A DNA stretch of 60,399 bases, the filler included, from Basidiobolus ranarum (taxonomy: Eukaryota), in assembly GCA_040143965.1 (NCBI GenBank). It is 9 parts of 9 records of this genome, joined end to end, with 100 filler letters (N's around TTAATTAATTAA, not from the genome) between each part and the next. Parts side by side here need not be neighbours in the genome. Positions count along the whole stretch, not along the records: positions 33,646 to 40,265 come from JASJQH010008160.1; positions 40,366 to 46,981 come from JASJQH010008161.1; positions 47,082 to 53,694 come from JASJQH010008162.1; 6 more parts are not named here. One strand, written 5' to 3'. The position numbers and the translations under genes were made by a program. The first letter of the stretch is position 1, and each line of letters starts with the position of its first letter. Positions 38,554 through 51,039 of the stretch are shown here, piece by piece. The notes under the pieces are model-generated. The model was not told the origin of the DNA, ran no database searches, and was given only the letters and a program-made list of their open reading frames with translations.

Positions 38554-40265
38554 ATGTCAGAAGAAGAAACATGGGAGGTAAATAAATAACATACATGAAC
38601 AGTCACACTTTTTTGTTCTTATATATCTTTTGCTTTTACAGTAAGTTGAAAAGAGCTCTTCTTTGTCAAGCGTTAAGAGAATAATGACTGTCAAGATGTC
38701 AGTGTCTATTATTGAATGGAAGGAGCAAGGCCCGTACTAAAAGAGTTGGTTCATAACGTGAATGACCTTGTCACCCACACATTTGCCTTTTTAAAATCAT
38801 CTTTATAAAAGAGTTTGCCAAAGACAATGAATTCGGCTTGAAAGAATATGTGACAAAATATTTTTTTTTCGTGAAGTCTTTTTGTCTCTTGTGGACAAAG
38901 TACGACTGGCAAATCCCGGCTTTCAGCCAAAGTGCGTCAGGCGAGAGAGAAAATAAACGCTTATAAAGAGGAATATTGTCAACTTTCTTCCTATGTACCT
39001 ATTAAATTGGCGAATGCTCAACAAATAGCAATTTATGAAAGCACCAAGATTCATACCGCCTACATTAATAATGTAGCTCTTCACTTTGGAAATCGTCTCA
39101 GAATGTTTCCAAACAAGGTTTTACGGAAAAAAAAGAAAAGATCGAGAACCTGACTCAAGGTATGAAAAACAACAGCTGCGCAGATGAGGAAATAAAAACT
39201 TCAGTCGAAGCCAATATACTTGATGTTTGCGATAAAATTAAAGCAGAAGTATCTTCAGTATGTCTATACTCAAACGAAACTTCAGCACTGCTAGAAGAGG
39301 CGCTATAAGCGGTCGCCGGAAAATGAAGGCTGTTGATGATAGTGTTCCTTATATTGAAAAGTTGTCAAAAGATGAAATCTTTAAGACAACAGATAAGTGT
39401 GTGCTTATCGATCCTGGTTGTGGTGATCTTTTATACTGTATGCATGAAACGAGTACTCCTCAAAACAAGTCTGTTTTTCGGTACACAAGAAAACAGCGAG
39501 CAATTGAAACGAAATCAAGGCACTTTGACAAATCCTAAAACCTGCCCATGTACAAGAGCTTGAAAATAATCTTATTAAAATACCTGCTTCAACAGCGATG
39601 ACTGAAAAATTTGTCGAGTACCTCAAGATTAAAGCCAGTATTTCAAAGGTACTAAAAAGCTACTATTGTAATAATGAAGATACGATTCCTTTGGAGTTAA
39701 ATGCTGGAGTTCAGTATCCGGAAGGTCTTACTGAAGTAGAGTCGGCTACTAATGAAGAAGATAATACTGCTGATGTTGCTGTCGCAGGCGTTGCTGCAGT
39801 TAGCTTTGCTGATACTGATCCCACTACTGCTCTTTCCCAAGCTAAGCGCAATTTCAAACTATCTGTTGATCGTGTTTGTGCTGACCTTCAAGATAAACAT
39901 ACTTTTTCAAAACTTAATATGGACGAGAAGCAAATATTGGATGCGTTGGTAAAGGAAGCTACCAATTGTTTAAACAGCTCTGAAGAAACTTCCAAGAAAG
40001 AGTACAAATATCGCCGTAAAATGGTAGATGAATTGGCAGATACCATCAAGTACAGGCTGGCATTACCTTTCAGAAAAATCAAGTTCTCTAGCAAAATTAA
40101 TAGACTACAATCTGACCAAAAATTAGCAAACAGTTTGAAGAGGAAATTCGGAGAAGATGCTGTTTTAGTATTAGGTGACTGGTCATCTGCGAATATGAAA
40201 TTTCATGAGCCAATTAGAGGGAAAGGAATGCGACGTATGCTGCGAAAAGCAGGGTTCAAAGTTCT
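38554..40265 (+). pseudogene. Fanzor1 relic B (3'-truncated by contig end), with a putative 5' intron
   Basis: LVHNVNDLVTHTFAFLK, LANAQQIAIYESTKIHTAYINNVALHFGNRLR, RuvC-I KCVLIDPGCGDLLYCMHE (39407) and PFRKIKFSSKINRLQSDQKLANSLKRKFGEDAVLVLGDWS...FHEPIRGKGMRRMLRKAGFKV. Several frameshifts. ATG at 38554, GT..AG at 38578-38641. Confidence 0.85.
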
Positions 40266-40365
40266 NNNNNNNNNNNNNNNNNNNNNNNNNNNNNNNNNNN
40301 NNNNNNNNNTTAATTAATTAANNNNNNNNNNNNNNNNNNNNNNNNNNNNNNNNNNNNNNNNNNNN
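40266..40365. other. Artificial contig linker
   Basis: N44-TTAATTAATTAA-N44. Confidence 0.99.
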
Positions 40366-40576
40366 TGAACCAGATTTACAGTCACGATATTCCTTTTTAT
40401 TCAATTGTAGGCTAGGGGATATAAATGAAGGGATATGTTGATTGTATAACATTCAATCAAAATTTTTTTGAGTTGGATAACGGTTTAATATATACGCGAT
40501 TGAGTTATAAATTCAAGTGATACGATACACTAGTGTTATATATATTTTACTTGGTCCTAAAGAGCACTTCACAATC

Positions 40577-40870
40577 ATGATGAACTTCACTTACAATCCT
40601 AAAGACATCGGTTGGACTCTGTTAGTTATTGCAGTCTGGCTCTTTGGACGCGGTTACCTGAAGCGTTTCATTGAACGAGACATGATTCGTCAACAAGAAA
40701 AGCGTGAAAAGAGAATGGCAGAGCAAGATCGTCTCCGTAGAGAACAAGAAGAAGCAGAAGGTTCAGATATTGATATAACAGACGAAGATGATGAAGAGGA
40801 AGAAGAAGAAGAAGATTGGGAAGAACTCAAAGCGGAAGAAAAACCCATACTTGATAAGAAAACTGAATGA
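40577..40870 (+). CDS. Small single-TM protein with coiled coil and acidic tail (loosely Pga2/DUF1531-like)
   Basis: 97 aa: TM (WTLLVIAVWLFGRGYL), charged helix, D/E-rich tail and C-terminal KKTE (possible di-lysine ER signal). Confidence 0.6.
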   Translation: MMNFTYNPKDIGWTLLVIAVWLFGRGYLKRFIERDMIRQQEKREKRMAEQDRLRREQEEAEGSDIDITDEDDEEEEEEEDWEELKAEEKPILDKKTE

Positions 40871-41061
40871 AAGTTTCAACTATATAGAATTTCGCTTTAG
40901 AAAGTAGTGTTCAATGTTTCTCTAAATGTTTCCTTTTAATTTCTATCTAAATTCAATAAATTCTTCCTGTTTAATACATTTGTTAAAATGGAGATATTAA
41001 GTTAGTCAATGAAATAACTAATGAGTTTAAAGGTATGAAGAGGAAATTAATTAGTGAGGTT

Positions 41062-42072
41062 CTATTTAGGGTTTTTCATCGTGTACTTGGAATAAGAGAA
41101 GATGCCTATAAGGGCAATGATGATGCCACTGATGTTGATAATGTCTACTGGATAGTTGAAAATAAAGAAGCCTAGCACTAAAATAAGGCAGGTTTTAAAG
41201 TGTCCTACTACGTTATAGGTGATGGGACTTGTTTTGCCAATAATCATAAAGATACTCAAATTGACGAGAAAAGCTAAAAGTCCTGTGAAGAGGATGGCGG
41301 AGACATTTTGAATGTTGTAGGAGTAGTTCATAAGCCCCGGTAGATCATCGATAATGGGCACTACGCAGAGGAGCATCAGAGAAGAAATGGGTGCCTGGTA
41401 ATAGAGTAGTTGCCATGAATTGACTCCAAGACTCTTTTGTTTGGTCCCAATCCAGATTTGATAAAGAGACGTGACAAGGACTCCAGCGAGTGCAAAGAAA
41501 GTTCCAACCCAGTTGAGGGATACATCCGTAACACTGGCAATTCCAACCCCAAAACAAATCACTGCCAAAGACAGTTTAATCGATGTGGAGAAGGTTTTTT
41601 GGTAAAAGACCGTCTGTAGTATAGCGATACACGGCGTGGTTAATACTTTGGCCATTTGATAGAAACCAACGGTGTTATGTTGTAGACTAAGGTTAGTTAA
41701 CACTACAAAACCGCAAAAAGACACACATAGCCCTAAGACCTCTTTGATGCGAATGGTCTTTTTCTCAAAAAACCCGAGTCTCGCGCAAACCTCAAGTCCC
41801 AGGAAAGTAACAAGAAAATGGATGACGGTCAAAGCGGTTCCGAATTTGAAGTCGTATTTGTCAAACACAAACTTATTACATAATACAATACCAACACTTG
41901 AACATACATTAATACAGATGGAAATAGGAGTCAAGAAGTCTGAGGTGCTGGAAGGCTCAGACAACGGGTTCAGTTTTGATGGTAGTGGAGTACTTCTTCC
42001 AGAGAAGTTCTTGTCTTTCGATGTATCATCAACTACAGTAAGCTGAATGTAGTCTCGATTTTGCGGAGTCAT
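41062..42072 (-). CDS. Nucleotide-sugar transporter, TPT/SLC35E3-like
   Basis: Intronless 336 aa, ~9-10 TMs. Motifs SSVGIVLCNK, NLSLQHNTVGFYQMAKVLTTP, QLLYYQAP and GKTSPITYNVVGHFKT. Confidence 0.92.
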   Translation of the reverse strand: MTPQNRDYIQLTVVDDTSKDKNFSGRSTPLPSKLNPLSEPSSTSDFLTPISICINVCSSVGIVLCNKFVFDKYDFKFGTALTVIHFLVTFLGLEVCARLGFFEKKTIRIKEVLGLCVSFCGFVVLTNLSLQHNTVGFYQMAKVLTTPCIAILQTVFYQKTFSTSIKLSLAVICFGVGIASVTDVSLNWVGTFFALAGVLVTSLYQIWIGTKQKSLGVNSWQLLYYQAPISSLMLLCVVPIIDDLPGLMNYSYNIQNVSAILFTGLLAFLVNLSIFMIIGKTSPITYNVVGHFKTCLILVLGFFIFNYPVDIINISGIIIALIGIFSYSKYTMKNPK

Positions 42073-42479
42073 GATGCAGTTTGTTAAGAGCTAGTTACGG
42101 CTATAAACTTAACAAGATAGTAGTCGCACTAGCCTGGCTCGGTGCTAGAAGGCAAAATTCTAACAAGAAGTTTAATTAAGTGCAGATGGGGAAAGTCCAA
42201 AAAGGGATATAGGGCGTGATTACAGCAAGTCTCCTTAATGATAAGCAATTAGGTCTTGATTATCCATTTCTCTAGGGCTTAAGCGCTAATATAATCAATA
42301 TTTAACAGAAATTTTTATTCGATTAGAAACTAATGTACTTTGAACTTAAAATCATTCAAATTACATAAATCCAATATTTTCTAGTCCGTCATCATCAAAT
42401 TCTGATGTTATTGATGATGCAAGTCACCAGTGTGTAGTGCTTGAAGCCTTTCCTGTTAACCCTGCCTTGTATATACCAA

Positions 42480-43908
42480 ATGGATATTGAAAAGCGTTTT
42501 TACGAGATAGCCTCACACCCAGGAAATCAGAAAGTTAAAAGCGAAGAGTACATCCGTCTACTTCAGGAGATATTTCAATTACCTGAAAAAGAGGAACAAA
42601 TCTCTAGTCTCAAAACCTTTGTCTCAAGTATACTGGAGGAAAATGTCGGTTTAGTCGTATCAAGACAAGTTCTATTTGAATTATCGGAGGGATTAGAAAA
42701 AATATCCACTGATGTTGCAAAGGGAACCATGATATTCGCTTTGGAAAAAATGCAGCCACGAATTGTTTCTTTTGAGGAACAAGTAAGTACTAGTCTACAT
42801 TTAAATATGCAAGTCTCAAGAGAACAATAATCGAACTTGCAAAATAGATATCTATTATGAGAGAAAAATTGGCCCTCATTTACGAAAACGAGGAAGATTG
42901 GAGCGAGGCGGCAAGGATTCTCCAGGGTATACCTTTGGATTCTGGACACCGGTAAGCCCTTCTGATCTATCCCCTTTCTATACCAATCTCAGAGGATTTA
43001 TATATGAACTTTTTTCAGTGCTATTTCTGATGATTACAAACTTAAAATCTACGTTCGAATTATTCGTTTGTTACTGGAAGAGGATGAAGCCATTAGTGCT
43101 GAGACATACATGAATAGAGCAGCATTGTTGATCCCTAATAGTAAAGACTTGGTGGTTCAATTAACTTTCAAACTCTCACAAGCCCGAGTTCTTGATTTTA
43201 AGCGGAAATTCTTGGAAGCCAGTTCCAAATACCATGAACTGAGTTATGTTACTGAGATGGTTCCTGAAGACAGAGAGCAAGCGCTGTAAGATGCCCCATT
43301 TAGTATTTCTTCACATTCCATTCTAACTCAGAGATATTAATAGTTCATGTGCGGTAATCTGTGCGGTATTAGCTGGCGCTGGTCCACAAAGATCACGTTT
43401 ACTTGCTACTCTTTACAAAGATGAACGCACCCAGCGCCTTGCCCATTTCTCAATCTTGGAGAAGATGTATCTTGATCGAGTATTACGAGCCTCTGAGGTA
43501 TCCGAATTTGCTTTGCTTCTCAAGCCTCACCAATTAGCAAGATTGCCGGATGGAAGTACTGTACTTGACAGAGCGGTAATGGAACATAATTTATTATCTG
43601 CGTCAAAAATTTACAACAATATTGGTATCGAAGAGTTGGGTTCCTTACTATCAATTCCTGCTACTCAAGCTGAGGTAGTTGCTAGCAGAATGGTAGGAGA
43701 GAATCGACTTCGTGCCACTATCGATCAGATCCATAAGTTGATCGTCTTCCAACATGGCGAGAGTGAGCATCTTTCACTTGGTAATAATCTTGTAATTGCC
43801 AAATGGGATCAAGCGATCCAAAATATTTGTCATCGTGTAGAATCCATTGTTGCTCTAATTCAATCTAAAAATGCTGACTATTCTCCCTCCGAGTCAACTT
43901 TACTCTAA
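42480..43908 (+). CDS. CSN4: COP9 signalosome subunit 4, multi-exon
   Basis: [66 protein letters not shown] and PCI domain [19 protein letters not shown]. Confidence 0.95.
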
Positions 43909-45444
43909 CTCTATTGTGTCTCAAGAATCCACAAGAATTCCTATAAATCAGATCTTTTACAACGCCAATTGCTATAGTAAGCGCCTGAAATATTGTATGA
44001 AGCATGTGATCACTCAAAGTCAAGGATAGTGCTCAAGTATATGGTAGAAAAGCACAAGTTATGGTACGGCACTCAGTGAATATGCAAATACAAGAGTTGG
44101 TGCATAATAGACGATAATATAGCGATGGTTTGATTCAGTTAGCAGCTCTAAAAGCCAACTTCTATACACATGCACTGAAATCCATTGAACGTGCAATATT
44201 TATGACGATTTGCTCCTATCATAGAATGAATGTTTTGGTTCAATTGGTATATGTCATCTCTATAATTGTTATATGTCATCTCTATTGCTGTAGACTATAC
44301 ATGAAAAGTACGTCATAAGTGACTGCCTCTAACTTCAAGTACAATGCACATCCAGAGGTCGTGGAGTTAAGTTGAGATCAAGCCACCATACGAGTACTAG
44401 CTGATTAGTTTAAGGGCCATTATACACGTCTAGCGCATGATACTGGAATGTACGAAAAGCAATGGGAAAGTTGCATTCTTAATTGTCAGTATTTCTATTG
44501 AGTGGAGGTTCCCTGAATCTTTTCGGATAATTGTAAAAAGCATTCCTGCCGATTTATAGTTAGTGATGGCTCTTGGCAAATATCGATCGCCAGGTTCAAT
44601 TTTTATGCAAGTGTGATTCTCACACATCTAAACATCGTTCTGCTACGTCCTCCAATTAGAGTATAAATAGTCATTAATTAGGGGCATAAGTCAAAGCGTT
44701 ATTATGAATGTGTTGAAATAACAGGAAAATTGCTAGCGTTCTTAGTGCTAGCGTTCTTGCCAATAAATGTCCTAGTAATTCCTGCAGATGATAAGTGCCG
44801 GTTTCATCGACCGTTTGCTGCGAATCTGATGATTACTTTAGCTGATAAGGGAGTAATTTCAAGCTAAGGTGGATCGTGATCTCTTCACTGTACGAGGTTA
44901 GGGCAGGATTGGTTTGAGCTTTATAGACAGAGGCATCAAGATTCAGCAATAAAACAATGATCGATACTGGAGAAGTAGGGGCAGGAAGACAAGTGAGTCT
45001 CACCTGCAGAGTGGGTAGAATGCGGAGTGGGTACAATTAAGAATGCACCAGTGTTTCTATCTCATGTCTCTAATCACTTAAACTATCTAATATCCGATCG
45101 TTGAAGCCCAAGGACTGGGAATTCTATCTTACATAATACAGTGCATAAACTAGGGCTAGGGTGGTATCAAATAGCGAGTATGAAATGGTGACGAACCCAA
45201 AAATTATTGTTTAATGTAGCCCCTGGGAGGGATGGGAACGAACAGAAAGCTTGCGCCAGTATTTCATTTGTGGAAATCTCATTAAGTTGATCATTTTGTT
45301 ACACCCTTTCTGCTACACCCTAGTGGTTTTGATGATCGTGAACTAACGTGGAATAGGCGATACTTTTGTCACGAAAGGACGAGAAGCCAGTTTGAAAATA
45401 TATAAAGGAATAGATCGTCCACACACTTGACTGCCAACTCATAA

Positions 45445-45998
<554 letters not shown>

Positions 45999-46469
45999 TC
46001 ACTTTCGTTAACTCCATCATGTAAATAGTTTAAATGACTCCATATACTACTTTCTATCAGTGTGAAGCCTGGAATAAATGGCAACACCTCTTCATCACCA
46101 CTCTCTTCGTCATATCGTTGTTTCATCATGCACCAATATACATAAATCCGATTTCATGCAGTACTAGGCGCCGTTCACGGGGTTGCATGTGCATTACATC
46201 ATAAACCGTTAAACGAGTTTGATGTGGCAACCTTTCATTGATTATTTAATTTCCTTGATATTTACAATCCTGTAATCTACAGTCCTGTAATCTACAATCT
46301 TGTAATCTAAAATCCTGCTCTCTTGTACTAAATCCTGTTTCATGCTTAGGTAGTCCATAAAGGAGCTTAACTATGCTGTTTGGGACTTGGAACTTGTAAC
46401 TTATAAGTATTTGTGATCATTTGAAAATCTTTACATGCAACCTGAACCTATCTCTTTCTGGAATTGTAC

Positions 46470-46981
46470 ATAGCAAGTTGGATTTATACTGGAAATACTA
46501 TTTTGGCTCCAACTTAGAAGTTTTCAGATATATAGATTTTTTCAAACCTGTGCTAGGAGCCCCAAACCTTGCACACATGTTCCTGGGCCCTTCCTTAACA
46601 CATTCTACATGTTAGTTTGCTTACATACAACAAAAGCATTAATGTCAACTTTCAACTCAATAAGTCAATAAGTCAGGCTCCCAAATACTTCAACAGCTTA
46701 TAAGCCCCAAGCTTGCACTCTCTATAATGTCTACTTCTCAAATATATGGAACTTTTTCCTCTTGTAAAAAACTGGATGGAATTAATCATCAAGTTTGGAA
46801 AATTTGAATGAAAATGCTGCTGCAAGAAAAAGAACTTTGGGACAATGTTGTAGGAGAAGAAAGCAATGCAAAATTATCTGAAATCAAAGCTTTACTGCTG
46901 GTTAAAAAAGAACAAAGCACCGTTAGCACAATTAAGTCTTCTGTTCTTGCTGGTTTTTTTCCTTTTATGTCAGCAGGCTTT
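46470..46981 (+). mobile_element. Copia 5' LTR part, decayed primer-binding site and gag start
   Basis: LTR-family sequence ends TTCAACA at 46695, followed by GCTTATAAGCCC (resembles copia GGTTATGGGCCC PBS) and then KKLDGINHQVWKF..MKMLLQEKELWDNVVGEE. Confidence 0.8.
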
Positions 46982-47081
46982 NNNNNNNNNNNNNNNNNNN
47001 NNNNNNNNNNNNNNNNNNNNNNNNNTTAATTAATTAANNNNNNNNNNNNNNNNNNNNNNNNNNNNNNNNNNNNNNNNNNNN
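46982..47081. other. Artificial contig linker
   Basis: N44-TTAATTAATTAA-N44. Confidence 0.99.
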
Positions 47082-47762
47082 CCTTGTATGCTTTGCCTAT
47101 ATTGCTAGGGAACCTTAACCTAGTCTGTCAATGTATGGTACTTTGGCATTTCAGCTATACAAGCAACTGATTGGCCTTAGACTTTGTGTTCAAATACAGT
47201 CACCATACTCCATATTTTCCTCTTTAGGAATTACTGCTTGTACCACAAGTCACCAGACTTTCAACAGGTTCCAACCAAAAGAAAGGAGTAAATGCTTTAA
47301 TAGGCTATGAGAAATCTTCCAATCAAGGTCAAAAGCACTCTAAGAAGGAAAGTAACACTTTCTATGCTTACTGTAAAAGAATAGGCTATTTAAGCAAAGA
47401 CTGCTTTGAAAAAATTGCAAAAGAAGAAAGATATACTGAATCAGGAAATGTAGTTATAACAGAAGAACACTTGTTCATAACTGCTCTATATAAGACTACT
47501 AACAAGGATTCCTAGATATGCCATATTAATACTGGAGCCTCTCAACATTTCATAAATGCAAAACATTGATTTGTGGATTTTGAAGAAGTCCCAAACAGAA
47601 AGTTTCTCATGGGAGATAACCATACACTGGATATGATTGAAATGGGAGCACTTCATGTCAATTTAACTGGTGCTTCTGAAGAGAAACTATATACTTTTAA
47701 GAATCTACCACATGTTCCAGTTATTATTAAGAATTTAATATCTGTATGCAAGGCCACCTTAG

Positions 47763-48295
47763 TGTTAAAGTATTTGGGAGTCTGTTGAAAGTGGTTTGGA
47801 GAGTTAGAGAAATTGGTGGTTTTCACTTATTGGTTTATTGAGTATTCAGTTGACATTTATAGTTTTGTCAAGATGTAAGCAAACTAACATGTAGAATGTA
47901 TTAAGAAAGGTCCCAGAAACATGTGTGCAAAGTTTGGGCTTTATAGCACAAGTTTGAAAAATGGACTTGTTCCATTGTGCTAGGATTTATTGGACCTTGG
48001 ATCAATATATTAAAGTAAATGTGATTGAAATTGATCATGCCAGAGGGCAATGGATAGTGCCAAATTATGCTGCATAAATATTTACAATACTTTATCCAAT
48101 ATGATATATACATCACAATCTGGCATGATCACAGAGACAAGCCCAAACTATATATCTGAGAACTTCTAAGTTGGTAAAAGTATACTAAGTATATTCCAAT
48201 TGAGAATAATAAAAAATATCTTAGTGAAATATAAGATAACTAAGTACTAAGCTATATATGACTATATAGATGCCTAGGCAATGCTGACTTTAACA
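47763..48295 (-). mobile_element. Solo LTR inserted in reverse within the copia pol
   Basis: Termini TGTTAAAG...CTTTAACA with a perfect 5-bp TSD CTTAG (47758-62 and 48296-300). Its reverse complement matches 50693-51039. Confidence 0.9.
47963..48144. mobile_element. ~182-bp MITE-like insertion inside the solo LTR
   Basis: Absent from other LTR copies. Termini GGACTTGT/ACAAGCCC (7 of 8 inverted match), flanks AAT/AAA, and an internal perfect 13-bp inverted repeat at 48032-44/48119-31. Confidence 0.65.
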
Positions 48296-50692
48296 CTTAG
48301 AAGGGTTAACATTCAGTTTTGATAAGTCAGGATGAACCATCACTGATCAAGCTGGGAATTATTGAGCTTTTTTGAGAAAGGGATGAGAACTTATGCAAGC
48401 TTATGTACAATCCAAGAGGTTTATGTGAGAGTATAAGTTATTCTAATCAAGAAACTTTTCAATCATGGCAAAAGAGAATTGGCCATATCGGATTTGATTA
48501 TTTTAGCAAAATGATCAAATATCACTTAATTTTTGAATTCAAATTAATACCCAACCCAAATCAAAGTTTGTGAGGGTTGTATATATGAAAACAAGCATGG
48601 TAACCTTATAAGAGCATTGGCTTAATCAAATCAGTCACAAAATTGGATCTAAATCATTCATATATGTGTGGAACTGTGCAAAATTTATCTTTAGGTGGAA
48701 AAAGATATTGAATCATATTTGTGGATGATTATACAAAATATACTTGGGTCTACTTTGTGAAAAAAAGAGCAGAGGCTCTGTCTATCTTTAGAGACTTTAA
48801 AACTCTTGTGGAGACTGAAACTGGAACTAGAATCAAGAAAGTATGCACTGATAATTGTCAAGACTGTACTTCAACAATAATTAAACTCTTTGCAAAGTTC
48901 ATGGAATTGTGCTAGAAACTGCTGCTCCCTATTCACCTCAACAAAATAAAGAAAATAGCATTCTTGTGGACCCTTCAACCAAAACTCTGCCTACAGAAAT
49001 GCACAATATGTTGCAAGAAGTTGAAGTATGTTTATCTCAAACCAGGAGATTGAATTAGATCAGAAATAGCCATGATTACTATATTGATGAGTCTCAAAAT
49101 TAGGCCTATGCCTGCACAGCTCAATTACATGAACCTCAGGCTGTAAAAAAGGCCTTGAATGGCTCTCACCCAACATATTGGAGATCTGCCATAGCTGATA
49201 AGTCCAGGCTTTGACTGATAATCAAACTAGGATTTTTACCAACTTACCTAATAACTCAAAATCAATTAACTACCAATGGGTATTTAGAGTCAAGAACAAC
49301 CTTGATGGCAATATAGAAAGGTACAAGGCTAGAGTAGTAGCCTAAGGCTATTCCATACACCAGGAATAGATTATACAGAAACTTTTTCTCTGGTAGCAAA
49401 GTTCAATTCAATTAGTTTATATAAGCAACAGCTGATAAATATCAGTATTCAATATATATCAAATAGTGCTTAAAACTGCTTTTTTGAGTGGGGAGTTTAG
49501 CCAGCCATATAGATATGTGTACCTAGAAAACCCTAAATAAGTGTTTAGACTCTGGTAAATACTCTAGGGCATCTTCCCATCTCTAAGAGCTTGGAATTGC
49601 ATGATATATGCCTTTTTTAAACACTCTAATTCCAAAAGAATAGTGATGACTAGAGTATCTACTTCAGGCCAGATAAGACAAACCCAGTTGTAGTTTCCTT
49701 ACATGTTGATGAACTTACTATTACAAACAATGACCTAAAGACTATGGAGAGGACCAAATCCAGCTTATCTGCCAAATTCAAAATGGTGGATCTTGGTAAA
49801 CTGACAAAATACCTTGGAATCCAAATTAAAATAGATAGAACTACCAAAACAATAACTTTAAAGCAGTCTAAGTATATTCTTGATGTAACTTAAAGTTTAA
49901 AATGGATGAATACAATCCAGTATCTATCCTAATGGAGGCAAATCTTAACATGACCAAAAATGGCTTAAATCAGATGGTGTTGGGTTCAAATGATAGCCTG
50001 AGATTTCTGTATAAATATATGGCTGGTAGTTTGGAGCATATCATGGTTAGAGTATGATCAGGTATTGCATATTCTGTGAGAGTTATGTGCCAATATCTTC
50101 AAAGTTATGGATCTGGTCAAATCATAGCAGATAGGTGGATTTTCAGATATTTGAAAGATACTGTTGATCTGTGCTTGAAATACACAGATTCTGGATCAAA
50201 CTTTGATTAGATATGATATTCAGATGCAAATTGGGGAAGGGATATTGAAGATAGAATATCAGTAACAGGATACTTATTTCTTTGCTGTAATGGAGCTCTT
50301 TCTTGGAATCCAAAGAAGCAACCTGCCATTACACTTTCAACATCAGAAGCAGAATACTTGGCTGCTTGTGAAGCGGCAAAAGAAGCAATATGGTTAAGAA
50401 AATGCTTGACAGATTTGAGCTATTCCCAAAATTCACCAACTGCAACAATTCAATATAATCAAAGTTGTATCAAATTAGCTAGAAAGCCTATGTTTCATAC
50501 TAGAAGCAAACATATAGATATTAGACATCAACTTATTAGAGAGACTACAGAAAGTAATTTTATTGACTTAACTTATTGTTCTACACAAGACATGATTGCA
50601 AATATATAAATCAAACCATTAGCTAGACAGATATTTGACAAATTTAGACCTTCCTTAGGATTAGTTTGCATTACTATGTAATTGAGAGACAG

Positions 50693-51039
50693 TGTTGAAA
50701 TTAACATTGCCTCAAAGCCTATGTAGTCATATATAGCTTAGTATTTAGTTTTCCAACATTTCACTGAAATATTACCCATCATTTGCAATTGGAATTTACT
50801 TGGGATACTTTGCCAACTTAGAAGTTCTCAGATATATGGATTTTTCAAACTTGTGCTATAAGACCCAAACTTTGCACACATGTTCCTGGAACCTTCCTAA
50901 ACACAATCTACATGTTAGCTTGCTTACAGCTTGACAAAAATATATATGTCAACTGAATACTCAATAAATCAATAAGTTAAAACCACCTATTTCTTGCATT
51001 CTCCCAACCACTTACAATAGGCTTCCAGATACTTTAGCA
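50693..51039 (+). repeat. 3' LTR (~347 bp)
   Basis: TGTTGAAA...ACTTTAGCA directly after the PPT. Homologous to copies at ~20.6, 21.4, 26.6, 46.5 and 47.8 kb. Confidence 0.85.

Larger units (their letters stand above)
47082..51039 (+). mobile_element. Near-complete decayed Ty1/copia retrotransposon (gag knuckle, PR, IN, RT, RH, 3' LTR)
   Basis: Copia domain order: decayed CCHC ~47360, IINTGASQH ~47523, VDDYTKYTWVYF...TDN ~48721, HVDELTI ~49700, SDANWGRDIEDRISVTGY and FHTRSKHIDIRHQLIRE. PPT ATTGAGAGACAG. Confidence 0.92.

Noticed and set aside
46262-46316. 15-bp tandem repeat TACAATCCTGTAATC x~3.5 (also 44248-44287, 44731-44758, 45819-45842)
   Set aside because: Ordinary minisatellite or slippage duplications with no spacers. 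Not CRISPR-like.
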